Source: an uncultured candidate division Zixibacteria bacterium (GTDB lineage: Bacteria; Zixibacteria; MSB-5A5; RBG-16-43-9). From it: a stretch of DNA of 64,000 nucleotides. The stretch lies in NCBI GenBank assembly GCA_963713865.1, contig OY970208.1, forward strand, positions 2,208,001 through 2,272,000. The letters are read 5' to 3'. Positions 31,159 to 42,038 of the stretch are shown here, piece by piece (the stretch's first letter is position 1; each line of letters starts with the position of its first letter). The position numbers were made by a program, and so were the translations under genes. The notes beneath the pieces were generated by a model. That model was not told where the DNA came from. It did not search any database and saw nothing but the letters and a program-made list of their open reading frames with translations.

Positions 31159-31767
31159 TTATTTATTTTCCCAATGAAAAGTATTTGTAACTGACGAAAA
31201 GATGGATGAGAGGGCAGAAAACTCGTTTTGTTTGGTGGTAAAGGTTATAATACAGGCTTCATCTGACCCAGCAATATAGGTTTGGATGGTTTGATATTGT
31301 CCTCCAGTGTGCGTGTTTTGATATAGTAGCTGATAAGCCTCTGCGTCATTCACTATTAGTTTCCTATAATCTATTCTTTTGTAATTACTGACAGTTTTTT
31401 TCAGCTTCGGCTCTTCCTGGCTTAGTACAAAAAGCTCTAAGGTGCTGTTATCGGGAACGTCGGTTAAACTGATGGTCCCACTTCCTCCGCTGAAATTTAA
31501 TGCATATCCGCCTGGTTTGCCCGGGATAACTTGCCATCCTTTTGGAAATTCAAGAGTATAAAAGTTCTCAGGTAAATCCTTGTTGTGGTATGCAATAAAA
31601 GCCATGCTTTTGTTATCGACGGCCACTTTTTGGGAACCAGCAGGTTTAAGGGAAACAGGATTAACTCTAGTCGTTGTTTTTTGGGTCAGCGGACCAAAGG
31701 CATATATAGCCAAACCAATAAGCGCTACAACGGTAAGAACAAGAATTGCGACAATTTTTTTATTCAT
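31159..31767 (-). CDS. Membrane-anchored PsbP/Mog1-like protein
   Basis: N-terminal TM, YTLEFPKGW, and a C-terminal ITFTT...FSSVTNTFHW pattern. Confidence 0.6.
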   Translation of the reverse strand: MNKKIVAILVLTVVALIGLAIYAFGPLTQKTTTRVNPVSLKPAGSQKVAVDNKSMAFIAYHNKDLPENFYTLEFPKGWQVIPGKPGGYALNFSGGSGTISLTDVPDNSTLELFVLSQEEPKLKKTVSNYKRIDYRKLIVNDAEAYQLLYQNTHTGGQYQTIQTYIAGSDEACIITFTTKQNEFSALSSIFSSVTNTFHWENK

Positions 31768-31978
31768 AATAAGCTTCTTTGAATATCCACAAAAAATTAG
31801 TATAATTCCAGTGGCTTAAAATCGCAAGTAGAAATCTCTCCTAATGTGAAGAGGCCAAAAAACAAATCATAGAACGGTTTTTTATTTAGAAACAGGCAAA
31901 GGTCAGTAAGTCTACTTTCCCTCAACAATTTTTGAGCTAGGCTATTCCTCTTTTTATCCTAAATATTCTTGGCTAATG

Positions 31979-34426
31979 CTATAAATTATTATCATATTCA
32001 AGTGGTTTTTCTTTATTCTTTTTTGGCGATGTTCCAAAATGGTATATGAGACCGGCATATAATATCCGAGCATCGCGATTAGCCTTCACGTCACGGTTTA
32101 ACCCCGGGGTGCGTAGCTCGATTTTCTGATTACGTGTTTTAAAAATATCCGAAATGGTCAGGATTAATGATAGGTTGTCGTTAAGCAGATTTTGCCGTAC
32201 ACCAAAATTCGCCACAAAATTAGCCAGATATTTGCCCTGTGGGGTTAACCTGGCGGATCGATAATACGAGTTCATTTGTAATACTGTACTTGGCCTTAAT
32301 TTCAGGTTTATATTAAAATTGCCACTCCAAGAAATAATTGATTTATTTTTGCTAAAGCCAATATTGGAAGCATCGATGGTGTTATAAAAGGCATTGGCGC
32401 TTATATCGGCATTTAAATGATTACCCACCGAACCGTTAAAAATCAATTCCAAACCCGCAGATTGATCGCTGGAAAGGTTTCTCGTGGTAGTAAGCAAAAT
32501 TGAATCCTGAACCACCTCTGTAACAGAAGTGAAACCATTATAGTTATACCGGTAATAAACAGATGGGGTCATTGAAAAATGCTCATTCTTCAATTGCCAA
32601 CCAAATTCGAGGGAATGGATATATTCAGGCAAAAGATGAGGATTACCAGCTCTTATAGTCAATGGATCACTGTATTCGGGAAAAGGATTAAGGTCCTCCC
32701 CTTCGGGGCGGTTTGTACGCCGGCTGTAATTGAGCTGTAATTCAGATCTCTCACTTAGCTTATAGGCCAGGTGCAAGGACGGGTAAAGATTTGAATAGTC
32801 ATTTCTAAGGGTTGAATCGGTAGTTACCAAATGGGCCTTATTCTGCGCATACTCTAAACGCAGGCCTCCTAAAAGACTAAACTGCCCAAAAGAGTGCTCC
32901 AAGGTCCCATATAATGCGTAGATGCTTTCGTCATAGAGAAAACGGTTTGTCTTTGCAATATCGGTTACAAATACCTTCCGGTCATTATCAAAATACTCCG
33001 CATAGAAATCAAAGTCCTGTTTTCTCACTTCACCTGTAAAGCCAGATTCAAAAGTAGAATTTTCGGAGAGGGGATTGGCATATTCTACTGATAGCTGATT
33101 TTGTTTTTCACCCTGTTTGATTAAGGTGTTATCATACGTAGGTATTTGTACCGGGACCAAATAGGTATTGGTATAATGATTATCTTCCTGTTCCGGTTGA
33201 TCGGATATATTATACTCGACATGCAGGTTGTGATCTTTTTTCGCAAATGCATGATTATAGTAAACGGTTGCTTCGTTATCACTTTCATGATCATAGTCGA
33301 GACGGTCGCGGCTGTAGTCACTCGAAATCATGGATTCATTATTTGTAGATGTTTTTCTTGAAGTCTCTGTCCGCGTAGAACCTTTATAAAAGTAATTCCC
33401 GGAAACACCAAAACGATTACTTCCGTCAAGACTGTAATCAATACCCAGTGATGCAATATGTGATAACGGACGGTCAAATGACGCGTCATTCTCATTATAA
33501 TAACTGCCCGTATCATTAGCCTGAGAGTAATACCGCCGGGTATCCATGGAATGGCGATTGCGGTTATCCTTACGCAGTCCATAACTACCGTAAAGATTAA
33601 AATGACCCGGATTGTAGTTTAGACTGATATTCCCGTTATCTCGTTTGCTGACACCGCCATTGGCAGATATGGTACCGCCTAATCCTGTTTGTTTATTCTT
33701 CTTTAAAACAAGATTGATAATTCCGGAAGTTCCGTCTGGATTATATTTGGCTGATGGGTTCGTGATAACTTCAATTCTTTCAATGGAATTTGCAGGCATC
33801 TGCTGCAAAACGTCAGCACGATTCTTGCCCATCAAGGGCGATGTCCGCCCATTGAGCAGGATTAATACATTACTGGAACCCCTTAGGCTGACATTTCCAT
33901 CGATATCTACTGACACAGAAGGAATATTTTGAAGTAACTCACTGGCCGAACCAGCTCTACTCATTATGTCCTTTTCAAGGTTATATACTTTTCGATCAAT
34001 GGAAATATCGAAAGTCGGTTTTTCGCCAGTTACCACGATTCCTTTCAGGAACACTGGGGTTTCCGTCATTGAAAATGTTCCGAGTTCCTGTTTTTTGTCT
34101 TGGGAGTTGATTGAGAAAGCGCCAGAATTGATCTCCGTATACCCGATACAGCTAAAAATTATGTAATAATTACCATCCAGAATATTATTTAGAATAAATT
34201 TGCCTTTCGCATCTGTCGTTGTTCCTGATACGATTGTGCTGTCACCTAGATTGAGTAAGACTACACTGGCATTTCCAATTGGCTGATTAGTCGATTTTAC
34301 TCTGATGGAGCCTGTGACAATGCCCCCATTGGAGCGTTGAGCAAAAACATTACCGGACAATAACACAATACTGACTAAATAAATGACATACTTAAATTTA
34401 TACATATTCTTCTCCTTCTTGATCAT
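31979..34426 (-). CDS. TonB-dependent receptor / outer-membrane barrel with N-terminal carboxypeptidase-regulatory-like domain
   Basis: LQNIPSVSVD, IERIEVITNPSAKY, YSRRTNRP and GNPHLLPE. Confidence 0.88.
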   Translation of the reverse strand: MIKKEKNMYKFKYVIYLVSIVLLSGNVFAQRSNGGIVTGSIRVKSTNQPIGNASVVLLNLGDSTIVSGTTTDAKGKFILNNILDGNYYIIFSCIGYTEINSGAFSINSQDKKQELGTFSMTETPVFLKGIVVTGEKPTFDISIDRKVYNLEKDIMSRAGSASELLQNIPSVSVDIDGNVSLRGSSNVLILLNGRTSPLMGKNRADVLQQMPANSIERIEVITNPSAKYNPDGTSGIINLVLKKNKQTGLGGTISANGGVSKRDNGNISLNYNPGHFNLYGSYGLRKDNRNRHSMDTRRYYSQANDTGSYYNENDASFDRPLSHIASLGIDYSLDGSNRFGVSGNYFYKGSTRTETSRKTSTNNESMISSDYSRDRLDYDHESDNEATVYYNHAFAKKDHNLHVEYNISDQPEQEDNHYTNTYLVPVQIPTYDNTLIKQGEKQNQLSVEYANPLSENSTFESGFTGEVRKQDFDFYAEYFDNDRKVFVTDIAKTNRFLYDESIYALYGTLEHSFGQFSLLGGLRLEYAQNKAHLVTTDSTLRNDYSNLYPSLHLAYKLSERSELQLNYSRRTNRPEGEDLNPFPEYSDPLTIRAGNPHLLPEYIHSLEFGWQLKNEHFSMTPSVYYRYNYNGFTSVTEVVQDSILLTTTRNLSSDQSAGLELIFNGSVGNHLNADISANAFYNTIDASNIGFSKNKSIISWSGNFNINLKLRPSTVLQMNSYYRSARLTPQGKYLANFVANFGVRQNLLNDNLSLILTISDIFKTRNQKIELRTPGLNRDVKANRDARILYAGLIYHFGTSPKKNKEKPLEYDNNL

Positions 34427-34695
34427 CGGTGAAGTCTGCGTCTTACTGACTTTCGTTGTCCTTCTGTTCGGTTTGGATCTTTCAAAATACCTTCCTGTTA
34501 ACTGAATCGATTTTAAGATCCACTATCTGGATGATAGCCTTTGTTATCTCAACACCATAGACAAGGTAGCAATTTTCATTTTTGTCTTTATTCCTTCCTT
34601 TAATCACCAAATTTTCTTCATATCTTATTATACATTCTACGAGGTATTTTTGTTCTTTACTATTTTTCTTCACTGGATCATGCCCTCAATCACCA

Positions 34696-35739
34696 CTAAT
34701 ATCCAAAGTGCAATTTGATTCCATAATAATCTCGTGAGGCATCAAAACTCATATTGAAGGCTGAAATTGGGCCATCTCGTGGTCCAGGTTTGGAATTATC
34801 CCGAAGTACTTGTCGGGCACACAAATACCCTAAGGCACTTCCAACAACAATATCAGAAAGCCAGTGGGCATCTACAACCATTCTCGAATAAGCAACTGCT
34901 GTCGCTATTGAGTAACTAAGAGCGGGTACAATGTAGTACCTCGGATACTGGTGAGCCAAAACAGTTGCTATGGACCAGATAGCAGATGAATGCCCCGATG
35001 GAAACGACATAAACTGTTTGCCACGTATGTTAGTTTCCCTGGAAAAGATTCCAAATGGTCCGGTCCAATCACTCTCTGGTGCTTCTCGTTGAGAAGGTCG
35101 TTCTCTCCCAGAGCCTACCTTCAATAGGCCGGTCCAAGTTGACGAAGTCGCAAGAGCTTCTGTAACCATAAAAAAGGTTTCTTTTTCCCGCGAAGAATGG
35201 GCTAACCACCCATATGCCCCAAAGCCAACAATTATCGGCATAGCATAGACAGCTTCTCCGTAGGTAGACAACAGTTTTCCCACCTTAATAAGTCCCTTCT
35301 CTTGTAATTCCTCTTTAGGCACAAGGACTGGGAGAGTATTGCGATCAGTAGCTACCAAAGCCCCCACACCAGCAATTACCAAACTAAAACGGACTGGATG
35401 TCTATGAGCGAACTTGACTGGTGTTTTTATCTGTACATCGAAATCTCGCCATAATCTGGCAATTAGGTTATTTCTAAAATGGGGTTCAAGAACATAAGGA
35501 GGTCCTTTATAGGAAGATCTTAAAATGCGAGAGTTTTTATGAGCGACTTCCTCATCCTTTATTGATTTATTCGATAAAAAGAGACTTCCCTCTAAATCTT
35601 CATGAGAATTTATGAACTTTGGATTAAGTAAGGATTCGGTGAGATCGCGAGCATGACATCTCAGGACTCCAATAGAAAAAACAAGGGGAATTAAAAGGAT
35701 TCCGCTTGTCAGCATATGTAAAACAAAATGTCTGATCAT
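34696..35739 (-). CDS. PAP2-family phosphatase
   Basis: KVGSGRERP, SFPSGH and SRMVVDAHWLSD. Start uncertain. Confidence 0.85.
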   Translation of the reverse strand: MIRHFVLHMLTSGILLIPLVFSIGVLRCHARDLTESLLNPKFINSHEDLEGSLFLSNKSIKDEEVAHKNSRILRSSYKGPPYVLEPHFRNNLIARLWRDFDVQIKTPVKFAHRHPVRFSLVIAGVGALVATDRNTLPVLVPKEELQEKGLIKVGKLLSTYGEAVYAMPIIVGFGAYGWLAHSSREKETFFMVTEALATSSTWTGLLKVGSGRERPSQREAPESDWTGPFGIFSRETNIRGKQFMSFPSGHSSAIWSIATVLAHQYPRYYIVPALSYSIATAVAYSRMVVDAHWLSDIVVGSALGYLCARQVLRDNSKPGPRDGPISAFNMSFDASRDYYGIKLHFGY

Positions 35740-35852
35740 TGTTTTAATGGAGTCAAGAGTATGTGGAATTAAGAATAATAAAAGGCATTTTCTTATCATG
35801 ATTAGTTGAAATAATTCCAAAAACAGCCAATGTCAATAAATTTCATGCATTT

Positions 35853-35880
35853 GTAGGGGTACGGCGTGCCGTGCCCCTAC
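35853..35880. repeat. GTAG REP palindrome (near-identical copy 46946-46973)
   Basis: gtaggggtacggcgtgccgtgcccctac. Confidence 0.8.
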
Positions 35881-36025
35881 TATATTTTTCTGATGGTAGA
35901 GAAGTATTGCCATACATCTCTAAACCTGAATCTTTAGAAATGCTCGATAAGAAAATCCTTTTTTTATTTTTTATGTAGGGCAAGGTTTTGTCCGCCAGAG
36001 GCGGATTAACCTTGCATTTTTTCGA

Positions 36026-36298
36026 TTATTTCTTTTCCCAGTACTTATCCGCTTCTTTTTCCATTTTTTTAAGTCTGGTATAATAATCCGGGAATTCATT
36101 CAAGTGAGCCAGGGCGATCATCCCGGTCAGTATCGGATGATCATTGGTAACATTCGTGTGGGTATCAACTAATCCATGTTCCAATTCCACGTCCAGCCCC
36201 ATCCTGAACTGCTCCATATCAAACTTTTTCCAATCGATCCCCAGGACTTTACCAATTTTTTTTGCTTCTATGGCAGAAAATTTTTTCCTCTTCTTCAT
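36026..36298 (-). CDS. Small conserved protein, DUF5661-like
   Basis: QFRMGLDVELEHG...TGMIALAHLNEFPDYYTRL. Confidence 0.7.
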   Translation of the reverse strand: MKKRKKFSAIEAKKIGKVLGIDWKKFDMEQFRMGLDVELEHGLVDTHTNVTNDHPILTGMIALAHLNEFPDYYTRLKKMEKEADKYWEKK

Positions 36299-36384
36299 TT
36301 CATCTCCCTTTTTAAAAGTCTCTTTTAGAGGCAAGGTCATCCGATGTTGGCGGACCGTGCCCCTTCTTTAACAAAAATCCTTTT

Positions 36385-36930
36385 TTACTTCTTATCTTTG
36401 TTTAGCTGTTCCTTTTTCTTGAGATATTCCTCAAAACTTAATGTTTTATACCAGTTGTCCGCTAAGTAGGAAAGGACATCCGCGAAATTCTTAGCATCCC
36501 GGTATCCTATCAGGGAAGAGATTTTTTCCGCATTTGGCTCTAAAAACCAGATGGTGGGAAATCCTCTTACCCCGAACCTGGAGGTAAGCTCCCTCTCGGT
36601 GATATTAGCTTTATCCACCAGGATAGAATTCTTGGACTCTCCATTCACCGTAACCGAAATGAAGCTTTTAGCCAGGATTTTCTTTATATCTTCATCCTTA
36701 TAAGTGTAATTGTTCATTTTCTTACAGTATCCGCACCAGTCAGTATAGAAGAAAACCATTATCTTTTTCTTCTCTTTTACCGCCTGTTTTAACCCCTGGT
36801 CATATTTAAGCCAGTTGATAGCGGCAGGATTAACTTTTGGGGGCGCAGGTTTCTGTGCAGAAATATTTAAACTGAACAGGAAAAAAAGTAAAAGGGTAAA
36901 AGGGGTGAGTCTTTTTGCAATACTGGACAT
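36385..36930 (-). CDS. Exported thioredoxin-fold protein
   Basis: Signal peptide, WCGYC and RGFPT cis-Pro loop. Confidence 0.85.
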   Translation of the reverse strand: MSSIAKRLTPFTLLLFFLFSLNISAQKPAPPKVNPAAINWLKYDQGLKQAVKEKKKIMVFFYTDWCGYCKKMNNYTYKDEDIKKILAKSFISVTVNGESKNSILVDKANITERELTSRFGVRGFPTIWFLEPNAEKISSLIGYRDAKNFADVLSYLADNWYKTLSFEEYLKKKEQLNKDKK

Positions 36931-37071
36931 AATCTCTCCTCGATAAGAAGTTCAAAGTTATAGTTTTTACGATTTGGATAAATCCTGCGTTTGCCTGAGT
37001 AGTTTTCTAATTTTCTTCCAGATCAAGAATTTTGTATACCCACGCTGTCCACAACGTGGGGAGATATTCCC

Positions 37072-37133
37072 GTAGGGGCAGACCCCCGAGTCTGCCCCTA
37101 TTATCCTGGGCGAGCACAGGGGCTCGCCCCTAC
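37072..37133. repeat. Paired GTAG REP element
   Basis: gtaggggcagacccccgagtctgcccc...gggcgagcacaggggctcgcccctaca. Confidence 0.8.
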
Positions 37134-37253
37134 AATTGTCTTCCCTCTCCTGAGAGGAGAGGGTTAGGGTGAAAATCCCGCCACAGGCGGGGGTGAAGTC
37201 TCATTTTTTATCCGTCATTCGTCATCAGTCATCCATCATTCTTGATCTCTTAT

Positions 37254-38066
37254 TCACATAAACCATTTTTTCGTATGATGCACCACATCCCCAAACTTCT
37301 TCATAAACTCCATATCCTCTTCGGAAAGCGGACCCAGACGAAGCGATAAAATATTTTCCTGAAGCTGTTTCAAATTGGTAGGTGAGGTCAGGCAAACATC
37401 CACGTTCGGATTTGAAAGGACAAAGCGATAGCACATTCCAGGAGTGGGAATACGCTCATCTTTGGGCCAGCCTTTAGGTTTTCTAATAAGATACCGCCAG
37501 CGTGTTGCAGTATAGCTAATTACTCCCGGATTATGTTGTTCCAGAAAAGGAAATATATCTTGCTCTGCTCCCCGGTGAGCCGCATTATATCTCATCATTA
37601 TAACGTCAATTGCACCCTCAGCACAGAGTTTGCCAGCAAACTTCCGGTTGTGAGTGGAGATACCCATTCCTCTCACTTTACCCTCCTCTCTAAGACGGTA
37701 AAGCTCCTCCCTGACCTTTTCAGGAAAATGCTTTTCCTTGGTCACACCTAAAAAAAGAAAACAATCTATATAATCCGTTCTCAACTGCCTGAGCCTTTTC
37801 TCTAAGGTGCGTTTAGGATTCGTATGCCCCCACAGCAGATTATACGCCCCGGTACAGATGACATACTTTTCCCGGTTGTTTCTCATAACATCCCGCAGAA
37901 CACTTATCATCTGATTGTCAATACCAAAGAAGAAGAAAAAATTCATCCCCTCATCTATGGCTTTATAAATAGTTTCCTTGCCCGGACGGTAAGTAGCAGA
38001 AAGCCCCAATCGGTGGACAGGAATACCGGTTTTTCCAAGTGTGGTATGGGTGAAATTTTGAGTCAT
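37254..38066 (-). CDS. Aldo/keto reductase-fold protein (atypical active site)
   Basis: TLGKTG, LRQLRTDYID, GKVRGMGISTH and RFVLSNPNV. Confidence 0.8.
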   Translation of the reverse strand: MTQNFTHTTLGKTGIPVHRLGLSATYRPGKETIYKAIDEGMNFFFFFGIDNQMISVLRDVMRNNREKYVICTGAYNLLWGHTNPKRTLEKRLRQLRTDYIDCFLFLGVTKEKHFPEKVREELYRLREEGKVRGMGISTHNRKFAGKLCAEGAIDVIMMRYNAAHRGAEQDIFPFLEQHNPGVISYTATRWRYLIRKPKGWPKDERIPTPGMCYRFVLSNPNVDVCLTSPTNLKQLQENILSLRLGPLSEEDMEFMKKFGDVVHHTKKWFM

Positions 38067-38167
38067 AAATTATTCTTTAAAATAGTGGGATAGGCTTCCA
38101 GCCTGTCCTGCACAGGTCAGGAGACCTGTGCCACCGTGCACATTCCGGAGACGCATTCGATGCGTCT

Positions 38168-41100
38168 CTACTTCATATTCTGCGAAAGATACAGATTCTC
38201 CTCACCCAATAAATGCGTCAGCTTTTCCAAAAGCTCTTTGGAAAGCTGGATTTTATTATTCTTCAGCCTGACTTTTATCTCCTCAAACTCATACAGACAA
38301 TGCAGGAGCACTGGCGATTCTCCCGGATGAAAGCTCAAAAGTTCTTTTAGCCGGTCAATAAAATCCTTATCCACACTGGTGGGAAAAACCTTAAGATGTA
38401 AAACCGGTTTGATCTCCTGATATATTTTGCTCAAGAGGTAAATCTCCGAGGCAATCAGCTTGGGTTTCTCCTGCTCTTTGGTAGAAGCTCTGCCGTAAAT
38501 CAAAACCATAGCATCTGCCTTTAAAACTTTTTTATTCTTCTCAAAGCAATCTGAAAATATTACCACTTCAACCGTGCCTAAGAAATCTTCTAAGGTCACA
38601 AAAGCCATCTGCTTCCCCTTTTTGTCGATATTCATCTTCAGATTGGTGATCAACCCTCCCAAACTCACCTGTTCCCCGTCTTTTACCCCTTCCAGGCTCT
38701 CCGTAGTCTGATTGGCAAAGCTCTTAAGCTCCAGCTCATATTTTGACAGGGGATGACCGGAAAAATAAAAACCCAGGATCTCTTTTTCTTTGGAAAGTAT
38801 CTCACCTATATGCCATTTGGGGACCTCAGGCAGCTTTGGCTCAATCCCGAACTCGTTATTATCCGTCTTTTGTTCTGCGGATCCATTCTCCAAGCTGAAT
38901 AAAGAAGTCTGCCCTTTAGCTTTCTCCTTTTGAAAAGTCTCCCCATAGCTTAAAGCCTTATCAACTGAAGCTATCAGCTGCGCCCTGTGTCCCTCTAAGG
39001 AATCAAAAGCTCCTGCCTGGATCAGACTTTCTAAAGCCCTCTTATTCAGCTTCCTCGCATCGACTTTCTGGGAAAAATCGAATATCGATTTGAACTCCCC
39101 AGCTCTTTCCCGTGCCTGCACAATCGCCTGAATAACCGATTCACCTACGTTCTTAACTGCTCCCAAACCAAACCTGATCTTTTTCCCCGCCACTTTGAAA
39201 TCACCGCTGCCCTGATTCACATCCGGCGGCAGAAGTGAAATCCCCATCTTTTTACATTCTTCCATCAGGACCACTATGCGGCTGGAATCCCCGATTTCTG
39301 AGGAAAGGGAGGCAGCCATAAACTCCAGGGGAAAATGAGCTTTCAGATAGGCGGTCTGGTAGGCTAAATAGGCATAACCCACGCTGTGGGCTTTGTTAAA
39401 ACCATACCGGGCAAATGTAGCCATATAATCGAAAACCCTGTCTGCGACCTTTTCATCTATCCCTTTAGATTTAGCCCCGGCCATGAACTCATTTCTCTGC
39501 TCCGCCATTACCTCTGCCTGTTTTTTACCCATTGCCTTTCTCAGTATATCTGCCTTGCCCAGGGAGTAGCCGGCCAGGTCGCTGGCAATCTTCAAGACCT
39601 GCTCCTGATAAACGATTACCCCGTAAGTCTCTTTTAAAATCGGTTCTAAAATCGGATGTTCATATACTATCTTTTTCCGTCCCCTTTTTCTATCGATATA
39701 CTCATCGATCATATAGCTGTCCAGAGGCCCGGGACGATATAAGGCATTCATCGCGGTAAGGTCTTCCAGCGATTCGGGTTTGAGCTTGCGCAGATAATCT
39801 CTCATCCCGGAGCTCTCGAACTGGAATATTCCAACGGTCTGGCCATTGGAGAAAAGCTCGAATACCTTTTCATCGTCCAGAGGGACGGAATTTATATCCA
39901 GTTGTTTTTTCTTCTCCTCCTTTAAAAGCCTGAGGGTATCATCGATAACCGTAAGGGTACGTAATCCCAAAAAATCCATCTTCAAAAGCCCGATCTCCTC
40001 AATTCCTTTCATGTCGAACTGGGTGGTAATCTCGTCTTTGTTAGTTTTATATAGAGGGACGAAATCGGTTAGCTTAGATGGGGCGATGACCACTCCTGCG
40101 GCATGGGTGGAGGCATGTCTGGTCAATCCTTCCAGGGTTTTCGAATAGGAGATCAGCTTCTCTATTCGCGGATCCTCAGTCGCTAATTTTTTAAAATCAC
40201 GTTCTAACTCTAAAGCCCTTTCTAAGGTCATATCCGGCTCCATCGGGATCATCTTGGCAATCTTATCCACTTCCGAATAAGGCAGCCCCATAACCCGGCC
40301 CACATCCCTGACCACTGCCCTGGCTGCCATCGTGCCGAAGGTGATTATCTGGGCAACATTCTGCTCCCCATATTTATTGACCACATATTTGATGATTTTA
40401 TCCCTTCCTTTATCCGAGAAATCTATATCTATATCCGGAAGGGAAATCCTCTCCGGATTCAGAAACCTCTCGAACAGGAGTCCGTATTTTATCGGGTCGA
40501 TATTGGTTATCCCCAGACAATAGGAGACTAAGCTTCCTGCGGCAGACCCTCTTCCCGGACCAACCGGGATATTATTACTCTTGGCATAATCTATGAAATC
40601 TTTGACCACTAAAAAGTAGCCCGCAAACCCCATCTGTTTGATGACTTTTAATTCATCTTCCATTCTTTTTTGCAATTCTATGGTTTTGTGAGGATACCTT
40701 TTTTCAAAACCTTTCTGAACCAAAAACTCCAGGTAAGCATCCAAATTATCGTAACCTTCAGGCAGGGGGAAATGAGGAAGATAAGTTTTATCGAACTCTA
40801 ATTCCAAGTTACACTCCTCTGCAATCTTCAAGGTATTCTGTAAGGCATCCGGGACTTCCTTAAATAGTTCTTTCATCTCCTCTGGAGATTTTAAGTAAAG
40901 CTGGTCTGTGCCAAATCTCATCCGGTCAGCATCTTCCATCTTTTTGCCGGTCTGGATGCAGAGCAGGGCATCATGCGCTAAATAATCCTCCCTTTTAAGA
41001 TAATGGCAATCATTGGTGCAGACCAGAGGGATTCCGGTTTCCGAAGAGAGTTGAATCAAAAGACCTTTTGATTTTTTCTCATCCTCTAAATCGTGGTCCT

Positions 41101-41638
41101 GCAGTTCCAGATAAAAGTTTCCCGCTCCAAAAATCTCGTTATATTCTAAGGCAACCTCTTTAGCTTTCCTGTAATTATCATTCAGTAATAGATAAGGTAT
41201 CTCCCCTTTCAAACAACTGGAAAGCCCGATGAGTCCCTCGCTGTATTTCTTTAAAACCATCTTATCTATCCTGGGTTTATGATAAAAACCATCTAAGTAT
41301 CCGGTTGTGGATAACTGGATAAGGTTTTTATATCCGACCAGATTTTTCACCAGCAGGATCAGGTGAAAACCGGTATCAGGCATCCCTCTTATTGGCTCTT
41401 TTTTGGTCCTGTCTTCTGGAGCGACATACACTTCAGAACCGATTATCGGTTTTATGCCGCAGTTTAAGGCTTTTTTATAAAACTCTATGGTCCCGAACAT
41501 ATTCCCGTGATCAGTAATAGCCAGGGCTGGAAGCCGGTATTCCTTAGCTAAGGCTAAGAGCTCGTCTATTTTACAGGCACCATCTAAGAGACTATACTGA
41601 GTATGATTATGCAGGTGAACAAAATCGGAATGTTTCAT
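38168..41638 (-). CDS. dnaE: DNA polymerase III alpha subunit
   Basis: PHP domain HLHNHTQYSLLDG, GRGSAAGS, PDIDID, YGFNKAH and QTSLF clamp motif. Confidence 0.98.
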   Translation of the reverse strand: MKHSDFVHLHNHTQYSLLDGACKIDELLALAKEYRLPALAITDHGNMFGTIEFYKKALNCGIKPIIGSEVYVAPEDRTKKEPIRGMPDTGFHLILLVKNLVGYKNLIQLSTTGYLDGFYHKPRIDKMVLKKYSEGLIGLSSCLKGEIPYLLLNDNYRKAKEVALEYNEIFGAGNFYLELQDHDLEDEKKSKGLLIQLSSETGIPLVCTNDCHYLKREDYLAHDALLCIQTGKKMEDADRMRFGTDQLYLKSPEEMKELFKEVPDALQNTLKIAEECNLELEFDKTYLPHFPLPEGYDNLDAYLEFLVQKGFEKRYPHKTIELQKRMEDELKVIKQMGFAGYFLVVKDFIDYAKSNNIPVGPGRGSAAGSLVSYCLGITNIDPIKYGLLFERFLNPERISLPDIDIDFSDKGRDKIIKYVVNKYGEQNVAQIITFGTMAARAVVRDVGRVMGLPYSEVDKIAKMIPMEPDMTLERALELERDFKKLATEDPRIEKLISYSKTLEGLTRHASTHAAGVVIAPSKLTDFVPLYKTNKDEITTQFDMKGIEEIGLLKMDFLGLRTLTVIDDTLRLLKEEKKKQLDINSVPLDDEKVFELFSNGQTVGIFQFESSGMRDYLRKLKPESLEDLTAMNALYRPGPLDSYMIDEYIDRKRGRKKIVYEHPILEPILKETYGVIVYQEQVLKIASDLAGYSLGKADILRKAMGKKQAEVMAEQRNEFMAGAKSKGIDEKVADRVFDYMATFARYGFNKAHSVGYAYLAYQTAYLKAHFPLEFMAASLSSEIGDSSRIVVLMEECKKMGISLLPPDVNQGSGDFKVAGKKIRFGLGAVKNVGESVIQAIVQARERAGEFKSIFDFSQKVDARKLNKRALESLIQAGAFDSLEGHRAQLIASVDKALSYGETFQKEKAKGQTSLFSLENGSAEQKTDNNEFGIEPKLPEVPKWHIGEILSKEKEILGFYFSGHPLSKYELELKSFANQTTESLEGVKDGEQVSLGGLITNLKMNIDKKGKQMAFVTLEDFLGTVEVVIFSDCFEKNKKVLKADAMVLIYGRASTKEQEKPKLIASEIYLLSKIYQEIKPVLHLKVFPTSVDKDFIDRLKELLSFHPGESPVLLHCLYEFEEIKVRLKNNKIQLSKELLEKLTHLLGEENLYLSQNMK

Positions 41639-41702
41639 AATTTTACTCTCTCTGCTGGGACAGGGGTTATATCCCTATCCCTTCTCATGTAAACAGATGT
41701 AT

Positions 41703-41752
41703 GGGCAGGGTCACCCCGTCCTAACGTTGGGCGAGGGAACCTCGCCCCTACA
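41703..41752. repeat. REP palindromes upstream of dnaE
   Basis: gggcaggggtcaccccgtcc...gggcgagggaacctcgcccctaca. Confidence 0.65.
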
Positions 41753-42038
41753 AAATCTCACCCTCATTTATCTATTCTATGGAATAACAAAAAAAAAGCA
41801 ATAGAAAATTATAAGACGGTATTGAAATTATTTAGTGAATTTTGGAGTGCAAACCTTTCCTATCCTACGGAGGCTTGCTCCGGATCTGTTTCAGAATAGG
41901 TTTGCTGAAAATTTTATTCATTTCACAATTTATAAAAGGTAAAGCTATACGCCTTTGATGGATACACCCCATTATCCTTCCTTAGAAATCTTTGTTTTAA
42001 ATTTGACAAACTGGACTAAAACCATTTATTAATAAATT

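Noticed and set aside
34482-34673. 63-aa ORF between the receptor and PAP2
   Set aside because: No recognisable motif; cannot be supported.
38168-41638. Intein or split dnaE
   Set aside because: The length is normal (1156 aa) and no intein junction motifs were seen.
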